NCBI GenBank assembly: GCA_051047955.1
Contig: JBPGPT010000003.1
Location: 682,001 to 746,000, forward strand
Length of the DNA stretch: 64,000 nt
Reading direction: 5' to 3'
From: Cystobasidiomycetes sp. EMM_F5
Taxonomy: Eukaryota
In this document: positions 38,259 to 50,811 of the stretch, one piece after another
Layout of the letters: the number at the start of each line of letters is the position of its first letter
How positions within the stretch are numbered: the stretch's first letter is position 1
Made by a program: the position numbers and the translations under genes
Notes under the pieces: generated by a model
What the model saw: the letters and a program-made list of their open reading frames with translations, nothing else
What the model was told of the DNA's origin: nothing
Database searches by the model: none

Positions 38259-38960
38259 CTAATATTCCATATCAGTGTAGAGCATATGCCAGGCTGTTTG
38301 AATCTTGCGGTTCCAGGCTGATACTGCTGTCGATGTCGAGACAAATTGGGATGACAGGCTCGCTGCTGCGATAACAGCCGTAGCAAGTCCGGCCACTAGG
38401 AGCACAATGCCCAACAGGGGTCCGATCATAATTCCTGCCAAAGCAGCTAGCAATTGTGAGCGATTGCTGCGGTCGCTCCGCTCTTCGATTCGATCTATTT
38501 CGCGAGGGTGGAGGGATTGACGGTAGAGTTCCGTATTGTTTATAAAGTCCTCGTGGACAGAACGTATCAAAAATTGATCCTTGACGTGTAAGTCGAGAGC
38601 GATGCCGAAAGCCAGGGTTATCGGACATAGGATGATGGCTAAGATTGCCGCATTGTCGCCTACATCGTCGCTTCCTGTTGATTCACATAATCAAGACGTC
38701 AATTGGGTTTGTAGGAGTGCCATTGCTCGCGCGCGCATACCGTAATCCCCCCGCGTCACACCGAAGTAGATACCGAGGCCAATGCCTGCAATAATTGACG
38801 AGACTGCCGTCAGTAGACTGAACCAGAAGCCATCCCGGCGTCTCAGAGCTCCCTCGGCTTTTTGCCAGTCAACGGGTCTCGACTTTGTCAACTCAAGCTG
38901 ATCCTCGAACAGGTGTCCTTGACATCGCTCCACCAGCGTTTGCCAACCAACGAAGGGCAT
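38259..38960 (-). CDS. Hypothetical membrane protein, about 3 TM segments (2 exons)
   Basis: 'FWFSLLTAVSSIIAGIGLGIYFGV', 'AAILAIILCPITLAFGIAL' and 'LLAALAGIMIGPLLGIVLLVAGLATAVIAA', joined in frame by a gtatgc...caacag intron. Confidence 0.6.
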
Positions 38961-39049
38961 GGCGGTTGTACGAACGAATCTGAAGAGATTGTCAGGAAGT
39001 TACGAGCATGTCCATCACCCCTGGCCATTGTTGAATCCGCGCTCGGCCA

Positions 39050-40158
39050 ATGCCCGCAATTTCAGCTGGAAGGGAAACGGTTCCAGGCTTCATTAGTCAC
39101 GTGTTTTGGCTTGACCCAAATTGACCAACAATACGAACAAAGCGCCGTGTATAGGCAGCACTTTGGCCCATGTCAATCTCTGCATCGGAATAACTTACAC
39201 CATGTTTTATCAAATCAACGCTACCTCGAGCTGGATGCGCTCCGGGCTGTGCGGCACCTTCCCCCTGTTGGCGGAGTCCCCGCGCCCAGTGCGTTCTCGA
39301 TACGATAGAACAGAGAAGTCGAATTTGAATACTGACTGCATCTCGTCAGACTCGGAGAACTACTTCAACTCGATACTGTTAAAGATGCAGTCTTGTCGAG
39401 CCAACGACAACCGTTACAAGGATTTAGAATGTCAACTAGCGATTATACAAATGCGGGACACTCTCATGCAACACTCAGCCATACCGGCAGATAGCGGCGT
39501 GCCAAAACCATACTACACTATTGCGCGATACTTTCAGCAGCCGTACGGGTGGCATACTCTGACGGATGGCGAGAGGGAAGCAACAAGCTCATTCATGGAG
39601 GCTCTTTATGCAGAGGAATTGGCAGCAAAATCGCCTACGCCTGGGTTCGCGCGCCAGGGAACGACCAAATTGATGCTGGATCATATCAAAGACTTGCCCT
39701 TGCTGGCCAGGCTTGTGGCTGCACAGCTCTCTCTCGGTGTAGGACGCACACCAATCTTTCACCTGGACAATTTCTGACATCCATTGACCTAGCGTTTGTT
39801 GAGCGAGCTGGATTCTATCTTCACTTTTGAAAATATCCCCATCTGCGATATGCGCGATTTGTGCCGATCGTGCCGCAAGAGATCAAAGTCCTTGAAGCGC
39901 TGTGGAAAGTCAGTTGTATGCATTTCTCATTGATTTGCCTGAATGCCTGCTGATGTCTGCAGGCTTTCATCCAGATGCCGGATTGCATATTACTGCTCCC
40001 GCGAATGTCAAGTGAAAGACTGGAAATATACCCACAAAACCGAATGCCCAGGTTTCGCTAAATTGATTGGCGATGATATTGGACGAGCCGAGGCGGACAA
40101 GGGCGACAAACTCCAGTCAACTCCAGTCCGAGGTCTGAAGATGGTCGGGATTCCGTGA
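39050..40158 (+). CDS. MYND zinc-finger protein (start uncertain)
   Basis: Spliced 'CRSCRKRSKSLKRCGK|CRIAYYCSRECQVKDWKYTHKTEC' gives a complete C2-C2-C2-HC MYND pattern. The N-terminal region is not recognised. Confidence 0.8.
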
Positions 40159-40377
40159 TGAATTAATCATTATGCATGGGGACGTTATGTTCAAAGAGGT
40201 AGCGATATATGCATCTTTCAATTTGGAGTGAGTCTTGCTGTCCCTGAAAACCTGCAAATGTTGACAAGACTCTCCGCTCCATTAATGGGCGTAGCGAATT
40301 TGCTAACGCCCAGCGTATCGTAAACTCGCTCGATTCCTCAAAGCTACAACGAAAGCGGTACAGCGACAAACGAAAGA

Positions 40378-41043
40378 TTACTGTCGACACGCAGAGATGC
40401 TCAGTTCTGCGCGCTATCATCTGCTTCACTAGCCAACTACTCACGAAAACGAGAGCAGCACCCTTTGTCTTCTTGTCACCACCTAGTTCGAAGTGCTTGC
40501 ATCTCTTGAGTGATAATTGAGACTTGTATTTGCACGAGTTGCATTCGAGACGGAGTACAATCTTCTTTGTCGTCTTTGCCTTCTTGTGGAAGACTGGCTT
40601 TGTCTGACCACCGTATCCGGACTGCAATATGTCGGCATTGTTGTCAGGAGGCGCAGTCTGGATTGTCCGCAAGACCTCTCAAGACTTGCCTGCTTCCGGT
40701 CGTAACGGCGCTTTCCTTGCGCAAACAAAGAGGCCTTGCCAGCCTTGTATTGCGTTACCTTGTGCGGCGTGTGCTTTCTGATCACACAGTACGGGATGGC
40801 CGACAAGCGTCAGGCAATGAACGGCACTCCTTTACCAATATTGCGGCACCAACAGCACTCACTTGCACGACTTGCCGGGGCTGTAGTGTCGATATGCATT
40901 CGCAGATTGAGTGCCAGCAGCAGTTACACGATGATCGACAAGTCAGCTCTCCCGAACAGCTAGGCAGAAACGGCGACGGAATCGCAGCATGGGTTGTCAT
41001 AGACTTGCCAGTATGTATTGCGGACTTTGGGCACGTTGACCAT
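40378..41043 (-). CDS. RPL42: 60S ribosomal protein eL42 (L42/L44/L36a), 106 aa, 5 exons
   Basis: Exons 41043-41009, 40880-40863, 40777-40690, 40621-40445 and 40380-40378 sum to 321 nt: [67 protein letters not shown]...GAALVF*. Confidence 0.98.
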
Positions 41044-41251
41044 GTTTGCTGCAGTGCTCGTGCTTACAGCCTCCTGACCCTCTCTCGGCTCGAGCCAGCA
41101 GCTCCCCCTGTCAGCCTCAGCCTTCCCGCAGTGGCAAATTTTGGCGGAAAAATCAAAGAAACGCAAACTCAAAGAGGGGAAGTGAAGGCAGCCGTGTTGC
41201 TGATTCACACCGTGGTGACCGACATACGCACTCGCTCTACTATATCAACGC

Positions 41252-44200
41252 CTATTGGTTCACTTGTCCCGCACTGTTCTGCCGAAGTCGCATCATTGCC
41301 ATCATCTGCTGCTGCTGCTGATGCAGCTGTTCTGGCGACATGCTCTGCTGTGCTTGTTGCATAGGGAATGGTACGCCCACTTGAGGTAGTGCTTGAACAC
41401 CCTGCATGGGCGAGCCCGAACGAGCGGCAGCTATGGAGGCAAGAATGGCTTGCTGCTGGTGAGGCGTAAGATTGACGGGCAATTGCGTTGGTACAGTCTG
41501 CATTGTCGGGATAGTGGCCATGTTCATGTTGAACTGCATTCCTCCGGCAGCGGCTGCCGCAATCTGCTGCTGCAGATGGAGCGGTAGCTGCGCCGGGGAC
41601 AGCTGCATCGCTCCGTTAGGGGATCCTTGATTCTGCTGCAACCCTGGCATTGGCGAGACAGTCTGCATTCGTCCCTGTGGTGGCATATTCATAGCTTGCA
41701 AGTTGTGAGGCTGCAAAGGTGGAGACGATTGCATGTTGTTCGGCATCGGGATCTGTGAAGGTGTCCCGTTGGGTAGAGCCTGGGACATCGTCGATGGCGA
41801 GCCTTGCAACCCCACTGCACTACCACTGCTGCTAGGGGGCCTGACAATCTGACCTCTGCCGGCAGCATTCTGTTGTGCCTGTGCTTGCGCTTGCGCTTGT
41901 AGAGATAGCTGTTGCTGCATTTGCGCCATGCGTTGAGCGTTCTGCTGCATGAGGGCAGCTTGATTTGCAGCCATGTTTGGAGGTATAGTGCCCTGCGGAA
42001 GCCGGTTGAGTAAGCTTCACGCGATGACATACACATTGCCATTCTGACTTACCATCCCAGGGAGTATGGGCATTTGTCCAGGCACAGGTGTTGGGATAGG
42101 AGGAATAGCCTGACCTTGATTCTGAGCCTGCGCCTGCGCCTGAGCCAAGGCCTGAGCTTGGGCCTGAGCAGCTTGCGCTTGCGCTTGCCGTGCCTGAAGA
42201 TGCTGTTGTGCCATAGCAGCCTGCTGAACTTGCTGATACATCTTGGCTTGATCTCGCTTGCGCATCTCTTCCAATTGTGCCCGCTCTCGCTCAGTCTTCA
42301 ATCTCGACAAGTCGAGGGCCGTGATGTTTGGATAATACGGCTGGTTGTGAGTCTCGTGAGCAGCAAGATTGACCTTACGTGGTGATGAAACAAAGTCTGG
42401 TACATGCTTCTTCAGCACAGCGTGCACCACGATTGACATCCTCTACTCACTATTCTTGGCGATCACTTCACGCTTCTTTTGCGCTTTCTTGGTTGCTTCC
42501 AACATAGCGGCACGTCGTAGCTGTAATTTCGAGACCGTTGGCACCGCTGGTGTCGGAGGTAACGCTGGTTCGGGCTGAACCGGTGGTACAACCTGCAGCG
42601 AGACGGATAACCGGCGATCGCGCTTGGGACTGGTGGCAGCCTGCACGACATCTGACGGGGCTCCTGGCGCGGTTTGTTGCTCTCTTTGGGCAGGCGGGGC
42701 TTCTACGCCATCGTGGGGTGCAGCCGTCGTTAGCGTAGGAGTTGGTTGAGGTAATGGAGTGGGCGGTCCAAACTTTTTCTGAAACCGATCAAAGCAGTCC
42801 CAAGGCAAAAGAGCATCGCTAGGCAGACGTTTTGTGGCGAGGTTGAACATATCTGCGATCAACGGCCAGTTGAATGAGCATTGTCGCGTGATTGCGAACA
42901 GTCTGCGATCTTCGTCTGCACTCCACTCCAAAGATGCAGCCCTGGCTTCGTGATTCGGCGGCGGCGCTGGTTGGTAGCGCCTGCTGCCCATCTCCTTTGC
43001 CTTGACAATACCTTGACCGAAAGCAAGATCTGGGCAGATTCGGTGTTAGCTTGCTTTGATAGAGAAAATGAGTACCAACCTTGTTCAGTCCCAAACATAC
43101 TCGGTAGGGTACTCCTCTCCTCGGTCAAACCAGACGCCAAGGAAGTCAGGTCCTGCCAATCGCCCGACCGTTTCCGCTTTTTGCTTGGATGGAGAGTGCT
43201 GACAAGCAGCGGCTTGCTCTCTAATAAATGCGATGTGTTTGTGATACGGCTCGAAATAGGATTCGACTCTTCGATTCGCCGATTCGTGCGAGGGTCATCG
43301 CTAGGCTGCGGAGGAGGTGCATACGCTGGGATATCTTGAAGCAGTTCATGAACTATGTCACTAATGGCGAAAGACGCATGAGCGTGTGAGAACTTGGCTT
43401 GGGAAAGGTCGAAAACAGTCTTGAGAGCGTTTTCCTCGAACATCGGCATTCGCGCAAGCATTACGGCTTGTGCACGTTTCTTAAATTTGGGTGACTCTAT
43501 ATGACCACTCCTTCCACGAGATGTCGCGGTCTGCGCAGCATCGAGGGCCACCATTACAGGTCCTCGTTGAGGCGGATTCTCCGGCTGAGGCTTTACATCA
43601 TCCTGCGAAGACGCGTGCGATTCGGGAGGGGGCTCGACCGTCATATCGACATCTATGGACTGTCCAAGATCTGAAGGTTGTGGTAATAGAGGGACTTCCG
43701 ACGTATCTCGTTGCATAACTTCTCGACGTCGAATACTCAGTGCTGATCTAGCTTCCGGAGTGCCCGCTTCGTGCCAACGCTTGATTTCTTGCGACATTGC
43801 ATAAGCCGAGGCGATTTTCCACCTCGTCTCCTGTCTGACATCTACGGCCATCCACCTCATTTCGTCTAGCAGATAATCCCAATGCGCTTTATGTGTTCCT
43901 GGACCTCGCTGTTTTCGCAATTGACGAAATGACCACGTCTTGTCGGACTTCAACTGCTCTATCCGCTCCATAGCTTTCTGGGTCCGAAGCTCAGATACTG
44001 CAACTTGCCAGTCCGTACTCATGACGACTTTTCCACCACCTCTTGTCCTACCAGGCATTGGAGCCGCAGCGCCCACTAAAGACCGCACACCTCCGTACTG
44101 CGCACGACTTACGCCGAGGCGATATAGATCAGAGTTCATAGCAGGAAGCGGGGCTGATGGGTTTGCACTCTGCACAAGTGTTCTCTCCCTCTTCTTTTTG

Positions 44201-45311
44201 GCCAGACCTCCCAGCCCTGGCCGTTGTTTCAGGAAGTACTCTGGCAAAGGCGGCAAGGAAGGCGGATAAGGAACGGGATAACTGTTTAATGCGAATGGCG
44301 GAGCGGAAGGAGTACGCTTTTCGGGCGATGCGATTGACTTGTCGGTGTCTTCACCGATTTCAGCTGCAGATGTCGATGCGAAAGAGGCATTACTCTGTAG
44401 TTTGACTGGAAAAGGCGATTCTGGAAGTATTGGCGGTGCGTTGTGGTCTGCGCCCGTCTGTCGAGACGTCGAGGCAGGAGATCGAAACGTGACGGGAAAC
44501 GGGGATGCCGCCGTGCTTGAGGCACGTTGCCGTAAGCCGGATGCTGGCTGCGGGCCACTGGCCGTATGCAACGACGAATGTGCATTTTGAGGAAAGTCAG
44601 TGTCGATATTCAATCGTGATAACGGTTTGTTTTGTCGATATTCTGGCCGGATCAACTCTTTCTCCAAAGCTGCAACCTCTTCAGACATGTCAGCTTGGGA
44701 ATTCCGGCGGTAAGGGGATGCAGGCGGAGGTGGCTGCAATGGTGGCATTGACGTGATGTTTTCGGATATGCTGGGTTGATTGTTACGCAGCGTCAGCTTG
44801 GCGTAACTCATAATAAAATCGCTACCTACGTATATTGACGTATCCATTGCTGAATGAAATCCGCTAGAGGCTTGTCGTATTTACTAGGCACATGTTCAGG
44901 GTGAGTAGGATCTATTGCTGAAAGCGATGGATCCAGTCCTGCTCCAAAGCGACCGGGATCTTGCATGTCTCGCAAAAGAAAGTAGAGCTCGGCCAGTTTT
45001 GCTCCTCTTGCCGGTATGAGAGCGCTTTTGTGGTACCAGAGGAAAACGAAGGACAGAGACGTGGCTCATCAGCTGTTTGTCGCACCGTACGACCTCTATC
45101 TATCCAAGGATATCACATCCGGGTACGAGCCAAACCACATACACCAAGGCATTCCGGCGTTCGGTGAGGGCATCCTGCCTGAGCTGAGCGATGCTCTTGA
45201 CCTGCTTGCAAAGTTTAGCAATGTTGTACGCGCCCCGTCTCCCGAAAATTGACCAGCACTCACCTCGGCTGGGTCGGGGGCTTCGCCAGCACCTGACGGT
45301 GGGCGAGCCAT
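41252..45311 (-). CDS. EAF1: NuA4 scaffold subunit Eaf1/Vid21 (HSA + SANT/Myb domains, Gln-rich C-terminus)
   Basis: HSA region 'WSFRQLRKQ...HWDYLLDEMRWMAVDVRQETRWK', SANT 'WSADEDRRL...FNWPLIADMFN...WDCFDRF', 'LSRLKTERE', poly-QA tail. The start at 45311 is tentative. Confidence 0.9.
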
Positions 45312-45670
45312 ATTCGCACAGCGGGCTGCGACGGCAGCAGCCAGCGAGCAGCCAGACAGTAAGCCACTAGAAAGCAGCTACTGCATGCACGCACAGCAGC
45401 CACGCGCGTTTTATTCAGCCTGGCGCGGCGCTCTCTCTGTCGCTGCCATCGCAAATTTCGATCATCGACTTGCGATGCGAAGCTGGAGCCATAATACTAT
45501 CGCTGCGGAGAAGCGACACCGTTTACCAGCTTGCGTCCTGACTATACAACCCCACCTTACACAAACGCAGTCTCTACAGATCTCGCAGAAGCTATACGAA
45601 CAGATTCTGGCCCAATGGCCGCCCAGGAATGATAGGACACAGACAAACAGCTTCCCAGCCTAAAGCCACG

Positions 45671-48353
45671 CTATAGCTTGGCCTTTAGCGGTGTCGCGGA
45701 TGATGGAAGGCGGAGATCCGGATGGTTGATGAAGAAATCCAGGGATTGCGGATTCAACATGCCACTTGAAAAGTCATTAGGTGACCTGTCGGACAGTATC
45801 ATGCGAAAAGCCACGTGTGCTTACCTTGTGTTGAGTGAACTTGGCTTAGCGCCATTGACGACCTTCTTGACAGCCACTTCGACCCGTTTGCCGTTGACGG
45901 TATACTGCGAAAGTAGACGATTAGCGATAGTACCCACATAGCAGCTCCTATTTCAGACTAACAGGAATATCTGTAGAAACGGAGGGAGCTTCAGTGACGC
46001 CAATTGCCGACGAATGCCCGCTACATACCTTGACATTCGATGATCTTTGCCGGTACGTGACGCTTTGATAGTTTCGTCCGTATGGCATCCTTAATCTTAT
46101 TGACGAGACCTTGTGAGAGAGCTTTGCCGCCCATAGGCTTGACGAATAAGACGCTGTTGGTGCCCACACGGTTAGTTCCGTTTGCGAAATGGCAAAGAAT
46201 ACGTACACTCTTTCGTCGCCGTCTCCCAACTTCTGACCAATAGCTATGCAGTCGTCGACCCTGCACGATTCGATCGAGTGAGCCGCATGGCACGACCATC
46301 CCTCACAGACTTACTCTTCCTTCATCTCCTCCACTATCGCATACAACTCCGCCGAGCCAAACCGCACCCCTTGCGGATTTAGTACTCCATCACTCCGTCC
46401 AAGCATCGTAATACCGCCAGTCTTTGGATTGACTTGCACTGTAAGGCACATAGAACTTAACAAGCTAGTAAGTGCGACTGTGCCATAATGATTTGGACTC
46501 ACTGTAATCAGCTTGGTACCAGGCCGTCTTCTTTGGAAAATGAGTAAAGTATGTTTCACGCAGTTTGGTATCGCTGACATCGTCGCCCAGAAACCCGATA
46601 GGCATGTTGGGTAATGGACGGGTCAAGACCAAGTCGCCTTCTTCACCGTTCGTATATGGATTGCCATTCTCGTCAAAGCACTCGGCGGCAACACCGAGCA
46701 TCGGACCCTGTATAACGCCCTGATAGACAGGTAAAATTGGGATGGCTCCGATAAATCCAGCGCATACATCGGTACCGCCCGATCCGTTATGTATGAAAAC
46801 ATCCTTGATATCCCTGCGGAAGAATTCGTACAGCTCCGGTTTCAATGGCGATCCAGCACTGAAAATGGTCTTCAAGCTAGTAAGTTTGTGCGTTTCTCTC
46901 GGTTTCAGGCCGTCCTGTAACAGAAGTTGGAGGTACCGTGGCGAGAGCGAGAACGATGTCACTCCATAGGCGTCGATGAGATCAAATAAAGACGATTTAG
47001 TTGGATATATCGGACTACCGTCGTACGTGACTATCGTCGCGCCGATTCCAAGATGGGAGACATTTGCATTCCACATCATCCACCCAGTCGTTGTAATCTG
47101 AAAGTGAACGTCACGGTCGTCCAAACCACTGTGTAAAGTGGACGACTTCTTTTGCTCCAAAGACATTCCTAGATGACTGTGAATAATAGCTTTCGGTTTG
47201 CCGGCTGCAAGGCAAGGAATATTGTTAGCTTTATTAACCCGTGCGCCAGGCTAACACTCACTAGTGCCACTGGAGTACAGCACCCACAGAGGTGACTGAG
47301 CTGGGACTCGGTTAAATTGAATCTCTGTTGCCGAACGGTCCAGAAAGTCAGGGTACGCTGTGGATTTGATCTTGCCGAAGGAGGGAAGTTTTCCCTTAGG
47401 CCGTCTGTCGTTCTCCAGCTGTCCGACTATGATGACATGCTCCAAGCCCAGCGGTCGCAATTGCTCAACAACTTCCGCTAACTTAGGACCAATATCGTTG
47501 TCTTTGCCGCTCGCTCGATACTGGTCAGCAGATAAAAGGATTTTCGGTCGAAGCTGAAAGAGCGGTTTCAGCATCACGGGACGTGGAAGTCTAAACATGC
47601 GGAGATATTCACTTGAGTGAAGCGGTCAGTAATGGCAGAAGTGCCAAACTCGGGTGGAGACGAGCTCCAGATTGCTCCGATCGATGTGCCAGCCAGAAGT
47701 ACAATCACAGCCTCTGCAAATGCTCTCTACGTGAATTTGTGCGCGAGCTCGCTGCACGATTACGAACCGGCGTTATTGGGCGTCAAGCCCGCAACTCTGT
47801 CTCCTTGCTTCAGACCCAACTTTTTGAGCGCACTTGCTGCCTGGGCGACCTCGATGTATAGCTGGTCGTATGTGAGGTCTCGGATGTGCGCGGAAGCCAG
47901 TCTATCTTGCGCAGGTGGCCCAACAGCAGGTTCAACGGCGCAAATGATTGCTTTCTTCGTTTTCGACCGGGCTGACTTGTGAGCCAGCAACATGTTTTCG
48001 GCATAGTTGAGTCGAGCATTCTTTGCCATATTCTTCACTTCCCACATCGGCAGTGTGACATCGAAAAGCTTCGAGAACCTCACCATCAGCCTGCGAGACT
48101 AACGCGACTTCACCCAAGTCTTATCCGAACTCACCGGCTGCGCGCCCTTGTCGCCGATGATGCCCGTCCAATCCCATACGGCGTTCCAGTAGTCATTGAT
48201 GTTCTCGGGCGTGGACGTAGACCATTTGTGCAATGCCCAGTAGTCCCCCTCCGCAAGATTCAGATCATACCGCTTATTGACAAACCGGCGAAAGTCATGG
48301 AGGGCCGAATCGCGGATATCCTGCGCAGAAGGCGTCGAGTGAAGGACGGCCAT
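45671..48353 (-). CDS. Acetoacetyl-CoA synthetase (AACS; ANL/AMP-binding family) with C-terminal PTS1
   Basis: 'DYWALHKWS', '[10 protein letters not shown]', '[15 protein letters not shown]', 'TTTGWMMWN', 'SGGTDVC', '[20 protein letters not shown]', '[17 protein letters not shown]', ends 'PLKAKL*'. Confidence 0.93.
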
Positions 48354-48774
48354 CTGGAAGTTTTAACGGAAAGCCGGCGCGCAGTCTATGCAGAAATGTT
48401 TTGAAGCAGAAACGACAGGTTGCTGGCCTTCAAAAAGCTGGACATTTCCGGGAAATAATGTCGCCGAAGCTCTAACTTATGGCTTCGGCATGGCGTGGTT
48501 ATGAAAGCGTCGGAACCGTCGGAAAGGGTGTACATGTAGCATTTCGACTGGCGCGCATGGAAGCTACACGGCGCACGGCATGCATATAATCTGGCAACAA
48601 CGGTGAAACTGACATTTGTTTACTACTACTTAGCCCCATGGCGATCCTGCATACGGATACAGACTGAATGTTGACGGTGTCGATGCGAGTCACTCGTTCG
48701 CTTCGACGGTGCTATCGATGAATAGGCAGATGATGGCCCAATTGGCCTATCGGCCATATGCGTGCTTGGCTTGA

Positions 48775-50811
48775 CTACATGTCATCTGGAATGAGGAGGA
48801 GGCCAGCACACATTGCAACTGCTCCAGCTACAAATGCGGATGACGAGATGATGGTATTTCTCCACGCATTGCTGCGACGCTTCTTGACGATTGGCATTGG
48901 TGAGATCAGCGGACTCTGTAGCATATTTCCGGTAGCATCCTCAAGTGCATCGAATTTGCGCTTCTTGCAAATGCCGCAAGAGGTAGATATCTGAGCGGTC
49001 TCTGCCACAACATCTTCGCCCGGGAACTGAAATGCAACTTCCTGCTGCATGACGGCAGCTGGTAAGTCTGGGTGTTCGGAGACTTGAGTGCCGACCGATG
49101 TCGTGAACTTTGCCGGCGACGTGCTCTTACGACCCGTCGTGTAAGCGTGCGCATCGAAAATGGTCTTCATCTGTGACGTCAGTGGTCCAGCTTGCATTTC
49201 TTGGGTCCCATTGGCCGCATTCTCCAGAGAATGATCGGCATCGGCACGACGCAAGCGCTTCAGGATGGACAATCGTTCGTCGTCGTCCTCTTGGCAGGCC
49301 TTGTGCATCTCCCACATCCAATCAAAATACGCTTCGTCCTCTGTATAGTCACGGGTCGCAGTACTAGACGCCGGCGAAGTAACGTCCACGATGTCAGTGT
49401 TGACAGATGCGCCGGACACGTACGATTCATCGTCATCATCATCGTCGTCGTCGTCATCGTCGTCGTTGTTGTCGTTGTCATCACCATCATCATCGTCGTC
49501 ATCAGACAATTCGATGATACCTTTGAAGTTTGCATCATTGCCTTCTCCATGATCCGATGAGTTCGACAAGATGCCTTCATCGTCAGAGGCCAAAGATGCA
49601 CTTTCTTCTTCGTTATTGATGGACTTCTCGTCACCGATTGGCGAGTTGTCATGCAAATACTTGCTGAGGTTCTCAGCCTGGTCGCAAAGGTTTTCTTGGA
49701 ATGTCTCGTGACTCTGATCGTATACATCGTTGTCTCCGGAGCTCATTTCTGGTGAAGCAGGTGCAGATTGCTGCATTGAGCCACGGGTTGGCATAAGTGG
49801 CATTGGAGGGACCTTGTCTCCACCATCGCCTTGTGCGGAAAAGAGTGGAGAATCGATTCGAGCGAATGAGGTACTCGAGAATTTAAGATCGGAATCTTCT
49901 GTCTCGTCCTCGCAAGCGAAGATGTCCTCCTCGCTAACCTTGTACAAAGCGGTAGAAGAAACCGCCGGGACAGGAGCATCAACCTCGACGATTGAGATAA
50001 GTACCTTGACTGGGTCATGGACGGTCAAGACATTATCAACGAAACGTTCGATGATCTTGCCAAATTGGATATAATCTCCGTTGCGAAGCTGCATAGACAA
50101 CGCCTGCGTTAGTCAAGTCTCTCCTCTGAGTACCGTTGCCTGTCTGTCGTACAAGAAAAGGCTTGTCAATGCAGATGTTTGCCGCCAACTGATGTCCGTC
50201 ACGGCTGATACGTGTTCCATGCGTAGAACCTTGATCTTGAATGTTGATCTGATCAAGGAATGGATTTAGTCCGTGCACTCCACCGATGTACGACTAGGCT
50301 CACCCCCTCATCGGTCCACTTTACAAGCGCATGCGTACGTGACATGACAATGTTGCTAGGGAAGTAAGAACGATCGTCAATCTGCGTTTTTCACTCTCTC
50401 ATTGCCCTCCTGCATCGAGCCAACCCACTTGTACAGGCCGTTGTCTTCATCAGGCACTTCGGGAGGTATAGCTGCGGTGTGTCGTAGTGAGTACGGACAG
50501 TGGCGTGATAGCCGATAGTGAATAGGCCGGAATGCAGTGACAGTATGGCCAGCAATCAGCAAAGACGCTAGCATGAGCGCATGGTACCTACCGGAGCGAG
50601 ATGCCCGTCCAATACGGATCTCGCCGTAGCGCCTATAGGAACAAGTCGTCAGCTGCAGCATTGGCCGTACCCAGACAACGATAACAACGTCAGCCTACTT
50701 TGTGAATGCTTTGACCGGCTGATCAACGTCATCAGATACTACCTGAAGAGTAAGCCTGAGCTGCTCGCTGTTCCCTTGTCCCTCGGCACATTGACCGGCT
50801 GTCCGGGTCAT
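48775..50811 (-). CDS. FHA-domain protein with an acidic tract and a C-terminal tail anchor
   Basis: FHA motifs 'IRIGRASRS', 'VMSRTHA', 'IQDQGSTHGT', 'LRNGDYIQFG'; poly-Asp tract; 'KKRRSNAWRNTIISSSAFVAGAVAMCAGLLLIPDDM*'. The start is tentative. Confidence 0.82.
49426..49503 (-). repeat. Imperfect GAY trinucleotide tract encoding poly-Asp/Asn
   Basis: Translates to DDDDDDGDDNDNNDDDDDDDDDDDDE. Confidence 0.9.

Noticed and set aside
30656..40158. Argonaute-centred defence operon analogous to prokaryotic pAgo systems
   Set aside because: This is a spliced eukaryotic AGO. The neighbours show no nuclease, helicase, TIR/SIR2, Dicer or RdRP motifs, so there is no evidence of functional clustering.
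40510..41364. 284-aa plus-strand ORF over RPL42
   Set aside because: Antisense shadow with a non-ATG start and no recognisable protein features.
42859..43094. Apparent frameshift between the HSA and SANT ORFs of EAF1
   Set aside because: Explained by an intron (gttggt...gctaac...cccag).
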